Source: Sphyrna mokarran
Taxonomy: Eukaryota
Length of the DNA stretch: 64,000 nt
Assembly: GCA_024679065.1 (NCBI GenBank)
Contig: JAGIQG010000021.1
Coordinates: forward strand, 20,088,001 to 20,152,000
Direction: 5' to 3'
Positions 26,581-39,576 of this stretch are shown piece by piece. The position numbers and the translations under genes are program-made. The notes under the pieces are model-generated. The model was not told where the DNA came from. It saw only the letters and a list, made by a program, of their open reading frames with translations, and ran no database searches. Position 1 is the stretch's first letter; the number at the start of each line of letters is the position of its first letter.

Positions 26581-27981
26581 CCCATGCAAATTAGCAGATA
26601 TAATCTAGTGTAATATTATGTATATTACTGGAAGTCAGTAATGAGTTACAAGATTAATATATATTCAAATAGTTCTGAAAACATCAGCAAACTTTAACAG
26701 AAATTTGGGTTGGAATTACGACTTCAGCATCACAACCAACTATTTGTTAGCAAACAGTTATATAGTTCTTAATTAAATTTAATATCAAATGAGAGGTTCA
26801 GTTGTCCCAAGATCCTGATGACGGAACCTGAAGACAACTGAGATTATGTATAGATACTGAACCAGTACAAAGTTTATCCTACCTCCACACACACCAGATT
26901 ACCAGTAATTAAATAATTAAAGTCATTTTAAAACTTTAACAGAATCTCAGGGTTTCAATGACACTGGGAAGTGTACCAATAAAACTTAAATACTGCAATT
27001 GTTACATACTCAGAACCTAAAGATTAAATTACTGGCTGTTAATACACTTTAACTCATACAACTTCACATTTAGTTGCAAGTGTAAGTTATCTCATTTGAT
27101 GTTCTTGGGTGATTGTACTATTTGGGGTTGTTGTCATGAAAATTCTCCTGTTTAAAAAAATACATATTCTTTTAAAAAGTGTTGTGATTCCTTTCAGCAG
27201 TACTTGTTACCATCTAAGAAAATGATCTGATAATGAAAGAAAATAAGAGGTAGATTTGCGTGATTGTGTATCAATTTCATTTGTTGCAATGTGATGACTA
27301 GTTTTTTAAATATTAATCAAAAGATTCCTCTTAAACTGACAAAATAAAGGCTTATAAAATAGTGTCCAAGGAGTGTAACAAATAAGAAAGAATGCAAGAT
27401 ATGTCAAGCATAATTTTTATTCCACCCAACCCTAGTAATCATCAAATGTGTAGCTCAGTAGGAAACTCTAGATTTGATCACCAAACTGTGCTGACTTGAA
27501 AATCTGAACTATGCCAGCACAACAATTACTGTAAAAAAGTACTCCTGAGTTAGGGAATGAGAAATTAGTCAGAATTTCTGTTCCAGGTTGTTATCTTGGA
27601 ATTCCTGTCCAGGTTGCATGCTTATGAATATTGAATGATGAAGACAGGTTTTGTCCCATTCTTAGAAAGATGGCCATCATTAACATCAAAATTTATATCT
27701 GAATATTAGTCGGTGGATGAGGTTCTGGAAGGTGACTGGTCTGAAAAGTGACATTGCACCTCCACTGTTCATGAGCCTTTTCCATGCCCTACTGTCAACA
27801 CCTACCTCACTCTTCACCAAGTTCTCAATGGTTCCTCCAGCACCTTCCTGCCACTAATTAACTATGGACAATGCCACAAAATATCCATCAATATAATGAT
27901 CTTTATTTTTGACTTTGCTACAAAAATGAACTTAATGATCTGATAAGATCGATATTTAAAATTGTGATTCTTAGAATACTC

Positions 27982-28050
27982 ACAGTAACGTCATTACAGT
28001 ATGAATGTAAGCCTACTTGTGACTAATAAATAATTTTAACTTTTACTTTA
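27982..28050 (+). mobile_element. Isolated 3' tail of SINE/LINE (as at 16500-16577)
   Basis: cacagtaacgtcattacagtatgaatgtaagcctacttgtgactaataaataattttaactttt. Confidence 0.7.
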
Positions 28051-28073
28051 GACTGGTATCAATGGCAATATTC

Positions 28074-28376
28074 ATCATAGAATCCCTAGAGTGCAGAAGG
28101 AGGACATTTGGTCCATTGTGTCTGTGCCAACCACAATCCAGGCCCTATCCCCATAACAACAAGTATTTGTCCTGCTAATCGCTTGGTACTTAAAGCTGAT
28201 CATGGCCAATCCACCTAACCTGCACATCCTTGGAGTGCAGGAGGAAACTGTAGCACCCAGAGGACACCCACACAGACATGGAAAGAGCATAGAACTCCAC
28301 ACAGTCACCCGAAGCCAGAATTTAACCTGGGTCCCTGGTGCTGTGAGGCAGCAATGCTCACCACTGTGCCAGCCTG
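28074..28376 (-). mobile_element. HE1-like V-SINE with CR1-type tail
   Basis: atcatagaatccctagagtgcagaaggagg...ccaatccacctaacctgcacatc...ctgtgaggcagcaatgctcaccactgtgcc. Confidence 0.85.
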
Positions 28377-28400
28377 TTACCCTGTAAGGGTCCAGGTCAG

Positions 28401-28522
28401 GTGATGAAAGCCATTGACTTGGAACCTTACCTCTGTTTTTCTCTCTCTACAGACGCTGTCAGCCCTGTTGTGTATCTATTTTTATTTCAGATTTCCAGGA
28501 TCTGCTGTATATTGCTTTATTT
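28401..28522 (+). mobile_element. Decayed family-1-like short Penelope-type repeat
   Basis: gtgatgaaagccattgacttggaac...ctctgtttttctctctctacagacgctg...tttatttcagatttccaggatctgc. Confidence 0.5.
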
Positions 28523-29877
28523 TGCTCCACATACATTTCCTCTTGGTCTTTATCGTTCGTTGACAGTTGAACTTAGCACGTACCAAATGAAAATGCTACT
28601 CCACGTCATTTTATCAGCCTAATCACTTCAGTTCATTGTGTGAGAATGGAAATAACTGAACCGCTAAACTGATGCCACTTCCTTATTAGTTTCTGCTGTT
28701 CGCATCTGATGTCATCCGAGCAAGATATTCACTCGAGAGTGAAAAAAAGGCATAAAATGTAATTATTCTGATACAAAAACTCTTTATATCAGTCTCCGCA
28801 TGAGAAAACCTAACAAATGTTCCAGTAACTGAAACATCCAACAAACGTCAAGCATTCAACCCAAGCTACCTGAACATTAATGGTACCATTAATCCCTAAC
28901 ATAAGGCACGTAAGCACGTACCCCTTTTGAAATATTTTTTAAAATGAGCTATTTCATATTTAGAATTTCCACCTGGGGCTCAGTGTGAAATGCAACTTGA
29001 ATAGTTTGTTGGCTATCGGGGCTCCACTGACTTCATTGAATCTTGGATTGTGTGGTCAGTGGTATTCAAGGTCCAATTTTCCTATCACGTGCCCTCCCCC
29101 CCCTTGTCATTTTATTGTGCAAAAGTAGAAAAAAACAAGAGTTTGTTGAAAAGTGAACTGTGAGTGATTTTAGCAAAACAGTTACCCGCGCCACATAGTG
29201 CAAATAATTAGCAAAGTACCCGTGACCCCCAAATGAACAACCGGTCAATTTTACACTGGATAGATGGATAGAACAGGGTCAGGGATTTAACGCTTTGTAG
29301 CATTGAAGTTTTTATTTCTACAGACGATGCGTTCAATTTTTGGACCTCCTTTTTCTCATTTTTCATTACATTTGAAGGGTTTACGAATGTGATGAGTACT
29401 GGTATCATAGATACATCTCAATTTTCAGACTAATATTTGGACTCAACTTGTACCTTTGCCCCTCGAAGGATCCTTCACTCTTCCGTGTATGTTGCAATAT
29501 ATGCGAGAAGAACTGGTTCACATGCAAATTATGGATAAAAAATATTCTGTAATTGTTTGTTAGCATACATCATGCTTTAACCTTGGTTAGAAAGAACTGA
29601 TTAATGGTATCAAGTCTGATGAATAATCTGAACCCATTCTACTTCTGGTGCAGGGTTGAGGATGATCCAAAGGGCTGCTGTTTACATAGAAAAGGACTTT
29701 GGAAACAAATGGGCGAACGTCAAAGGCTGGAGGCCATTGATATTTAGTACGTCAGCCTTTCGCTCCTGTTGAAATTGTTGCCTTCTCCGGCTCTTCAAGT
29801 TGGAGACAATTTTTTGTAAAGTCAATACCTTTAACCGCTTTGTCAGCAACGTCAAAGCACAAAAGATCCAGAAATTA

Positions 29878-30450
29878 GAAACCCACTCACCAACAGAACT
29901 ACCCTGCACCCCGCCCTTCCCCGCCACATGCACACACAAAACCACCCCCACCCAAATCAACACTCAGCAACAGAACCAACCTTCCCAAACACACATTCTT
30001 ACCTACACACACACATACATAGACCTCCTCCCTGTCCCAACTACTCACCAACAGAACTACCCTGCCCCCCCATACACAAAACCACCTCTACCCCAAACAC
30101 ACACTCACCAACAGAGCCACCCTGCCCCACACACACTCATACACACAACTACCCTGCCCCAAATATCCACTCACTACAGAACAGCCCTCTCCCGAATACA
30201 CAGTCACACACAAACCCTCCCTCAAACATCCACTCAGACACACGGGCCCCAAACACGCCCTCACACACACAAAACCACCCCCTTGCCCCAAACACCCACT
30301 CGCACACACAACCACCCTGCCCCACAAACACACTCACACACACAACCTACTCACACACACATACACAACACCCACTCCCTGCCGCAAACACCACCCCCGC
30401 CCCCTCACCGCCACACACACACAAGACCAGCCTGCCCCGAACACCCACAA
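29878..30450. repeat. C/A-rich degenerate tandem/low-complexity repeat
   Basis: Recurring cactcaccaacagaactaccctgcccc and acacacacaaaaccacc units. The + strand is almost G-free. Confidence 0.9.
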
Positions 30451-30959
30451 TGTACCAGTGGACTGGGGATACAGCCGGGGTTGTGTGACCGGCAGTAGCC
30501 CCGGAAAGAGCCAGATATGCTCCCGGCGGTGGTGCCGGAGCCCGGGCTGTGATCTGACGCAAATGGAAAATGTCTTCAGAGCTTAAAGAGGAATAATGTG
30601 CGTCAATGTCTGGTATCATGCGAGCAGCACGGGCCACACCGAGCATAAGTAAGCCATTATTATAGAAGGGTGCGCCGTCTGATGTTGAGTCAGAACTTGC
30701 TGCTGAATTTGAACATCCTGAAATGAACGTTGTAAATAAAATCATGGCAACAACAGCATGTATTGATAAAAAGAGAGCACATGGGGGTGTAGAATGAGTG
30801 AGACACTATTTTAGGACATCAAGCATGAAGAATTCCAAAAGACAGAGAGAGAAAACTGTTGAAACCAGATATTCTAAGATATTGTGGAGTGAAATTTAAA
30901 ATTCAGAATAGGTGTGTTGTCTCTGCCTGCTTTAATTTGGCTAAAGGTTTAATTCGAAA

Positions 30960-31400
30960 TGACAGGGAGAGGGCTTAAACTCGGCGAGATGAACGAAATT
31001 TGCCTGTCAGCGAGGGCACGGATCGGGCCAAGTCTGCTTTGACTTGCGTGGACACACAGTATGGTTGGTGTGTAAATTGGGAATTGGTGTTTCAGAGACC
31101 AACCCCCGCCCCTCAACGCTAAGCCGCTAACTCTCTGCCGGAGATCAGGGAGATTGGCATCTGTACGCGGCTGACTGTTACTATAAATACACCACATTAC
31201 AGCAACTGCGTCAGTCAATGCTGTGCACGAACAGCCAATAACACATTTCCACAAATATATAGATTAAAAAAAAAGCCACATCTGGATAGAGTGTGGGCGG
31301 GGGTGAAGGGGAGGGGGTCGAAATGTGTGTGTGGGGGGGGTAAATTTAAAGCGGAAGTGTTTCTCTCCCCTCGCTCCCAGTACACACTTCCTTCATAGCG
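30960..31400. promoter_or_regulatory. CpG-rich promoter/enhancer-like patch with GC box and ETS sites
   Basis: gggcggggg (~31295), gcggaagtg (~31350), cacttcct (~31385), and many CpGs. Confidence 0.4.
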
Positions 31401-31421
31401 AGATCAAAGAGAATGAAGCTT

Positions 31422-31519
31422 AAAGACAAAAACGCTGGAAAATCTCAACAGGTCTGGCAGCATCTGTAAGGAGAGAAAAGAACTGACGTTTCGAGTCCAG
31501 GTGACCCTTTGTCAAAGCT
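31422..31519 (-). mobile_element. Family-1 short Penelope-type repeat with hammerhead motif (core mutated)
   Basis: Minus strand AGCT TTGACAA A GGGTC ACCTG GACTC GAAA CGTC AGTT. Confidence 0.7.
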
Positions 31520-32393
31520 AGATGGCATAGAGAGTGGGAAATAGAGAATTCCTGCCACCATCTGATCTGACACAAGCCGGGTGCAACTGTCTTTTCCCCA
31601 GAACCAATCTGTTGCTACTTTGATTTCTGTTCACTGAAACCTCACCTCCTCCCCCACCCCCGTCCCATTCCCCCTTTTCTAATAAACCGATCAGAGAAAT
31701 CCAGCCTGCTCCCTCTGTATCCCTGAAGCTGCCTTCAAGGAAGAGGCTTCGTTAAAACGGTTCACTCCAGTGTTACGTTAACGTAATCTGCGGTTGGCTG
31801 CTGGAGATAATGAACAACATTAAAGAATCCGGATCTGGGATTCAATAATGGAAGTGTTATTCTGAGATTAATCTTTGAGAAGTCAGACCTAAAATCGGCC
31901 GATTTATTTGAAGAATGTCACATTTTTGCATCCACGTCGCTTATCCTCAGATATCACAGCAGCTCCCAACCCAACATCTTGTGAACTGAGGTCTGGCGAC
32001 GCAGCTGCAACCCTACAGCTGCTCATGTGTGCACAGAAAGTCTATTCTCGGCGTGTTTCACTTTGACTGGTATCCATAGAAGCTTGCAGGGGGGACGGGG
32101 CGAAGTTTGAGTTCAAACCGTTTCAATGTAATGTTACCGAGATGTCGCCTTGAACTGCAAATCCAACATGAGGTGTGTACTGTGTTGGGTATTTGCATTG
32201 GACCCAGTGAGGGATGGACAGGATGCTATGTGCTCCGGTGAGAATGCTGGTTCGACATTCTGCCTGGTTCTCCTCGAAGCTGTAATTCAAAGACCTGAGA
32301 TTTCCTTTCAATTCATTCTCAAAGATGAGAAACTGGACTCACTTTGGAAACCCTATTGCACCTGTAAATCCGTTTCCAATGTCCATAAGGTTA

Positions 32394-32470
32394 AGCCATG
32401 ATGTGGAAATGCCGGCGTTGGACTGGGTGGGCATTGTAAGAAGCCTCTAGTGTTGTGAGACTTCTTAACA
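32394..32470. repeat. Collapsed family-2 repeat with both orientations fused
   Basis: ...gtaagaagcctc directly joined to tagtgttgtgagacttctta. Confidence 0.55.
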
Positions 32471-33223
32471 TAAGGTTACGTTATGGGTCAATAATTCTAA
32501 GTCTATTGACAGGATTACAACACTAGAGAAATATAACTGCATTTCCATCGACCAACATAGGAACTGTTCCCAACTGATCGTTGTTGGAGAGAATAGCTAC
32601 AGTTTCACAAACAGACTGTATTCCCAAAGGGACAATTTCTATAAGGGTTGGGACTACCTTCAGGATTCTGAATTAGCCACTTCGGTTTAGGTTTTCGAAT
32701 AATGCTTAATAAAAGATACTGTCATATCAATGGGAACCGAAAGAAACTTAAATGAGGATGTGAAATGGAGGCACCAGTTGCTGTGCAGATGGTGTTGGGG
32801 AGGTCCCAAGAACTGCAGCGTTTCCGGTTTAACTCACGGTGCAGGGAGATTTTAACTGAAAGCGCACACAGGCTGGAGTCAGTGCCAGGGCTGCTTCGGA
32901 GTGTGCTGGGGTGCGGGGACGGGACGCTGTCACATTCTAAATCAGCAGGGACTTGCAGTTTTGCAAACGATCCTTTGTTAGCATCTCCACATTTAGAACA
33001 AAAATGTTGAGGTTTGTGCAGAATGCAAATAAGCATTAAGCCTTGCTCGGTCAACAGCCCAGCTGAGGAGCTTGGAAATGTTTCTCAGTGATAGAGAATC
33101 CGTGACATTGGATCAAAATGGCGGATATTGAAAGTTAAATATAATCAAGTCCTTCGGTGCTGACATTAGACATAACTGGTGTCCCGGTGCTTAGGTCAAG
33201 ACTTAACACACATTGAACTTGTT

Positions 33224-33530
33224 CTTTTTTTAACTCATTCGTGGGATGTGAGAATCGCTGGTAAGACCAGCATTTATTGCCCATCCCTAATTGCCCTTGA
33301 GAAGGTAGTGGTGAGCTGCCTTCTTGAACCGCTGCAATCCATGTGGTGTACATAGACACACAGTGCTGTCGACCCACCCACCATGAAGAAATGGCGATAT
33401 GTTTCCAAGTCAGGCTGTTGTGCGCCTTGAAGGAGAATTTGCTGGTGGTAGCGTCCTTGCTGCCCTTGACGTTCCAACTGGGTTTGGGAGGTGTTGTGGA
33501 GGAAGCTTTGTCCAGAAGACTCCTTGTGTA
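33224..33530 (-). mobile_element. LINE 3' end (family of 21696-22605)
   Basis: ccagcatttattgcccatccctaattgcccttgagaaggtagtggtgagctgccttcttgaaccgctgca is antisense to 22505-22575. Confidence 0.85.
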
Positions 33531-35011
33531 CAAGTGGATTTGAGCAAGCTCGCCTCCTTCTGCAGATGTTAATATAAATAAAGTGTCTCCCTTAACATCA
33601 GGGTCTTAACACTGGAAAAGAGGCAGTAGAAGATTGAAATTCACTGCACAAAAAACTCAGCTCTCCCCATGTTCACGTCAAAATGTTTTTAAAAAGTAAT
33701 TGTCAGACAATACTGCCAATTATAGTCCAGAGTTCACGAAGGAAATCGTGTCTGCGTCCTGGCATATTTTAACAATCACGTCTCTCGCTAATCTTTTAAT
33801 TAAAACAAATGCACACCAGAAGCCATTTGTTGAAGAAAATTAGCATACTATCTATGGTTAATTGCCCAATGTGTTGTGCATCATGTATTATTTTTACGAT
33901 CAGAACTGGACACGTATTGATTAGTAATCAATATCTTTTAAATCCTAATCATAGACTTTATTTCCCATGATGTGCCAATGATGCACATTACTTGGTAAAT
34001 GCGAATGATCCTTTTTTTCCCTCTGATTTACACTTTTCATTTTTATTGTGCCACTAGGGTCCTTTAGCTATTTAATAATGTTGACAAATGTCAAGTATAC
34101 ATATTTTCAACAACCGTATTAATCAAGCGTACAGATGATGATTTACAATGAGCGTATCGAGAGAACAAGGGGAAAAAAAGACTCAGATATCAACAACTGT
34201 CTGCCAGGAAATGATTGTTGATTGCAAATGGAGAAGAGTTTCGTTGTTAAGGTCAAACCGCTCAACCACAGCGAGGGGCAGGTGGCTCGCTGTCTGATCA
34301 GTGTTAGTAAAATTAACGTGAACTCTGAGGACTGGGGTCGAAAATGAAGGGAACTGCTGATCAAGGTAGCACACGGTCTGAAAGGGCAGAGGGCTGGATT
34401 TGAGGGTTAAGGTCTATAACCTTCAGCATTTACAGAAGAATTTGCTACACTATTGATTAGTTGCAAAATGGCCATGAACTAAGCAACAGACATGGCTATT
34501 GGTAGGTTGCTATAGCACCTATCTCCCATTGATTTATTGAAAACCTCTGTTTTGTCGATTTCAATGCTAATAACACGATGCAGTTGACTTGAACAAAAGA
34601 ATACCCCCTCGCAAACTAAATGCACGAGAAACGGTATTTCCAATCACCTTGCAAATTATATTGTTAGGCAATTAAACGATGGACTTTTGAGCAAAACCGA
34701 TTCCTGCGGCAAAGGCGTTCACCATGAAGACCTGTTTCATTTATTTGGTGGAGATCGCAACACTTCGTCAGCTTGTGGTTTTCCTTGTAGTCCTACCTGC
34801 CGTAGGGTGGTTGCATAGCTGATCCCAGGGAGAACAGTTTTGACCAGCTGAAGATTAATCACTAAAATCACAAAATAAACTCAAGTCATTTGGATTAAAA
34901 GTCAGCAGTTGTCCCCGAGTGTTCTTAGTTACTGCGATACTACGCCCTTTCCGCCCCCTCGAATCTCTTTTGCAGATGTCGGGTGGATGAATATCGATAC
35001 ACGGTCAAAAA

Positions 35012-35153
35012 GTCCGAAAAACGTGCTACTTAGGTGCATTGTCTATGCTAAATTCTCCTTATTGTATCCCAACAGGCGCCGGGGTGTGGCGACTGGGGAA
35101 TTTTCGCAATAGCTTCATTGCAGTGTTAATGTAAGCCTACTTGTGACACTAAT
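35012..35153 (+). mobile_element. 5'-truncated V-SINE with alternative tail
   Basis: Matches 16443-16560 (aacaggcgccggggtgtggcgactgggga...gtgttaatgtaagcctacttgtgacactaat). Confidence 0.75.
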
Positions 35154-38100
35154 TTCAAAAAAAAGGTTAAATGAGTCAACAATGCATCAAACTTAATTGC
35201 CAAGAATCGGTTTCCAAGTTCTTCCAAAACCAGACAACAATAGAACCCACATGCATCCCCAAGAATTCTAACACATGCAACCATTAGCATGCAATCAGAA
35301 GATCATCGTTGGAACTTTAATGCATTTGGTGTCCAATGCTGTTAAAAGTAATGGAGGGATTATCACCAATCACATCTGGATGCAACCATTCCACTAGTTG
35401 CTCACCCTTTAATCGCGCATTCACTTAGGACAGGCAAAGAAATTAGGCTAGTTTACGAAAAGGCAAGGATTTCCTTTCGGGCAATGGATCACTGTAGCCA
35501 CAGTGACCTCCTCTCACCAGATCTAGCTCGCCCACCTTATAGAACTGATAGGATCTCGTACAATATGTTGTTGGGTTGATGGTCTTTTGCTCGAATGAAA
35601 TATGAATATTAACGCTCTTGTTAGACTTGTGTCGCACACAGAACCTGGAACGAAAGTATTGTCCAGTCCTTCATGCGAAAACATTGGAATTTTGCTACCT
35701 GGATAAATCAGAGAGTGGCAGGTCAACTGAGCGGGGCGGGGGGCAGGGGGCGAATACTGTATCTGTTGCAACTAAATGCCGCATTATGAACATTCAAAAT
35801 ACACTGAATGCTTTGCCTTTTCTGAATTTATCAGGTTATCTCCTTGACGGGCTCTAGGTCCAATTTGCATATGCTAACGTACAAGCCATGTACGGCACAT
35901 ACCGCTAATGATCAAATGAAATACAAGTGCTCAGAAAATGGCGGTTTCTATCTTGGCTGTTTTGCTGTCTTCTCTGTTAGTTTCCTAATGGAGGAGCTGT
36001 CTGGAGTGGTGGTGAAAAAATAAGATGTCGAGAGATCACATTTTGATCTGGACACTGATGTACTTGAGATTATGTATAACAGAGTTGCTCAAACATATAA
36101 AATGCATCAAAATGAAAGATTCACTCGAGATTTCACGTGTCTCGTTCACTTGATTTTAAATGGGATAAATGCTGATTTATCCCATTGTAGATGTAAAGGC
36201 TGTTCTATGGATCTGGAAAGATCTTGAAATTAACCCCTTACGACTCGCTTTCCATAAACTTTCTTGTTAATAAAAGGTCGAATGAATCGAGCAATTGGAA
36301 CAGCATATTCGGTCTCGTGTTTCTAGCCATCTTGAAAAGCTGCATGCATCATCAGAACTGGTAACATGACCCATATTTGTCGGATGGTGAGACACTGATT
36401 GCTCAGGTCAGCAATTGCTACTGGAACCTTATTTTTTAACAGGGATTCTTCGAAGCCGAGTTGCTTATTAAATAGTTCGCAGAAAACTGCTATAGATTGG
36501 TGGTTCTGTGTAATGTCGGATTCAGGAATCTCCGTTATAAACTGAGTATGAAAAACATTGGTTAAATAATAGTTTTAAGAACGTATTGACCACAAAAACA
36601 TACATTCTAATCAAAGATTATCCGATATTTTCGGTCAATAAGTTCTTTTTGACGTATTTTCAAACCAGCTTGAACAAACGTTGGATCCTAATATTTGGTG
36701 TTTTACACGTCCTCTTTAGTCGGCGTCCTACGTGTAATCTCCTTTCCTCATGATTACACATTATCAAATAGTACAGCCATTGAACCCAAAGATCTACTAT
36801 CATTAAGTTCGGGTAATTTGAACGACAGTTTATGAATGGGTTTTCACATGGAACCAATGAATCCACTAAATAGTCATATTTAGATGTTTTGCAATTGGCT
36901 TGACGTCTGGATTCCCTCCTGAGAAAGAGAAACCCTTTCCCATGAACTCGTTCCCTTCTTTCATTATTTGACCCGTTGCAATTACCTGCAAGAAAACATG
37001 GTAGTCAGGTTATCTTCTGACATCGAAGTGAGATTTTTTTTTCACTTCCCCCATCCCCGTAATTTTGGAACTGGTATTTGCTGACTGGTTGATCCATTAA
37101 CTAACTAAACAAATAGCAAGCTCAATATGACTCATTCCAACAAACAGTTGTAACAATTTGTCCCATGTACCTGAGAAAAAAAAATCAGCCAGATTCTCAT
37201 TGGTTTGGGCAAGGCATCATGAGTATTGTCCATTACTGCTTGCATCGGGTGTATTAACTGTTATCTAAAACAACATTTTTGGAATAACATTGGACAGCTG
37301 GCGAACAAAGTTCCGACCAACCTTTGAACTTGAGTATGTATGCACATGAACCTTCACAATGGGAAGTTTATGAAGTTTCCGATACTCCACAGAAAAACTC
37401 ATTACAGAAATCGCTATTTAAAACAAAACGTTCTATGTTGGCCATTGTCCACGCTCTGAAGATTAGCTGAGAACATGGGAGATCCAATCACACCATGTAA
37501 CATCGATCCAAGACCTTCAGAGAAAATGCTCACAATTGATATTTCCACTACACAGTAGTAGCCATCCGTCATTACATCATGTTAAAAAACCAACATTGAC
37601 TGAAATATGGAGTATAATAGTATTTGATGCATTATTATTTTATGGTAGACTGTAAGATGGTCAATATTGTAAACCTTCTGTTGGTCATTGATGAGTTGAA
37701 TTCTGTGAAAATCTGATATGTTTCATGATAACAATTACCTCAAAGCACAGATATTTTGTAATATTAGTTATTGTATATGGAGCCTGATATCATATAGTTT
37801 CAAATTAACTTAATCCTCACATATGACAAAAGATTAATCCATAGTCACCAGTTGCAACTTGAAGCAATGCAATTCTTTGCACTAAAGCAGGAGGAATTTC
37901 TCTGTTGATATCTAAAGGCTTGACATTCTACAAAAGCTATCATCTCATGAAGCACTATGATGAATTTACCTGAACTTCAAGTTGCCTTCCAGGAATACAA
38001 CGTTCATTTGTTTGTCCTCTGACATCCTTGTACAATGTTACAAATTGGAGAAGTGAACAATAGTGAATCAGCCAGAATAAATAACATGGAATTTAATGGT

Positions 38101-38487
38101 ATTTGGATCCTTAAACATTCCTGAGGAAACGCACACACCCCATGCCAAGGCTGTTGCACCTCAGGGCATTGATAATGCAGATGGGAAAAAATACCATCTG
38201 TTTTATCGTAATGACTGAAACTGGGCAACTGTTTAATTTCCACACTGCAAAGCTCTCTTTAATGGTTCAAGTTCCCTGTGTACGTGGCAATGATTGTATT
38301 GTCACATTAAGATAAGAACACAAATGAAGCATTTAGTTGTTCCTTCCATGCAAATGAAAAATGTTGCTTAGATATGTGATTTACAATGCTAACAAAATGC
38401 TGTTAGTTGGTGAACTATGTGTTGAATTGATGCTCAAACGTGCAGGGTGGAGTAACATGCTGCTCAACATGCTGACCCAGCAAGTTC

Positions 38488-39576
38488 TCTTAGAGAGTGA
38501 GTTTGGATCCATACGGAGAAAAAAATAATTGAGTTTCATTGTGGGATTATTAGCATCCACTGTAGAAATTGTAGATGCTGGTATTTTCCAGTTGGTCTAT
38601 CTGCGTAATGATGGCAACACTTTGCTCTGCAATGTTGAGTCAGATGCCATTATCTTCACTATCGTCATTATGATTTCACCAGTTTGAGGGCATCACTTTG
38701 AGATTAATACATAGATGTGGGAATTAATCTGGGAATTCATAAGTAGGAACTTAGAATTCATAATTTTTATGTCAATATGTGGGAATTTACAAGAAATGAT
38801 GTTCTAAAGTGTAAGAATGAATAAAACTAGGTCAAAAACATACTTGTTCAGAAATTTTATACTAATCCCAGAATTCTTTTAAAATGTGGGTAAGTAGTTT
38901 GTGCAAAGCTAGTCATTGAGATTTAAATAAAGCTGGCCACTGTCACTTCTCTGGAAAAACATTAATATGTCTTCTAGTAGAATCATATTGGTATCTTTTC
39001 TATCCTGCTGCTTGATTAGTTCAGAGGTCAATAAATACAGAGAAGGAATCTTCAAATGCAAGCCCAAAAAACATTATATTACTCACAGGTCAAAATTCTG
39101 GTTAATTATAGAAACACTAACCTTTAGTTTGTTGAAATAAATCAAATTAACTAAATAGCTATTTAAGGAAGAATGTCTATACTTCTCAAAATATCCAATA
39201 ATACATATTGTAATTCAATGGTGTGGTGCAATGATACTAAAGCCAATATGGGGATGTTGAATTAAGATGTACCATTATCTTAGCAAAATTATATAATACT
39301 AAGAATGTAATCAAGAGATTGGTACAATTAACATAATAAGATCCTAGTTATGAATTCCCAGATTAATTTCCACATAAATGTATCAATCTCAAAGTGATGC
39401 CAATAGTGAAGATAATGACATCTGGCTGAACATTGCAGAGCAAAGTGTTGTCACCATTATGCAGATAGACCAACTGTAAAATAACAGCATCCACAATTTC
39501 TACAATGGATGCTGATAATTCCACAATGAAACACAATGATTTTTTTTCTGTATGGATCCAAACTTATTCTCTAAGA
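38488..39576. repeat. Long inverted repeat: arms 38488-38753 and 39337-39576, ~580-bp spacer
   Basis: Arms are reverse complements over ~240 bp (for example gcaacactttgctctgcaatgtt / aacattgcagagcaaagtgttgt), with scattered substitutions and one ~25-bp indel. Confidence 0.92.

Noticed and set aside
26814-26845. CTGATGA as a hammerhead core
   Set aside because: No stem II or GAAA box follows.
29800-30498. 232-aa and 186-aa Thr/His/Pro-rich ORFs
   Set aside because: Produced by a C/A-rich repeat that lacks stop codons. Open in several frames, with no domain.
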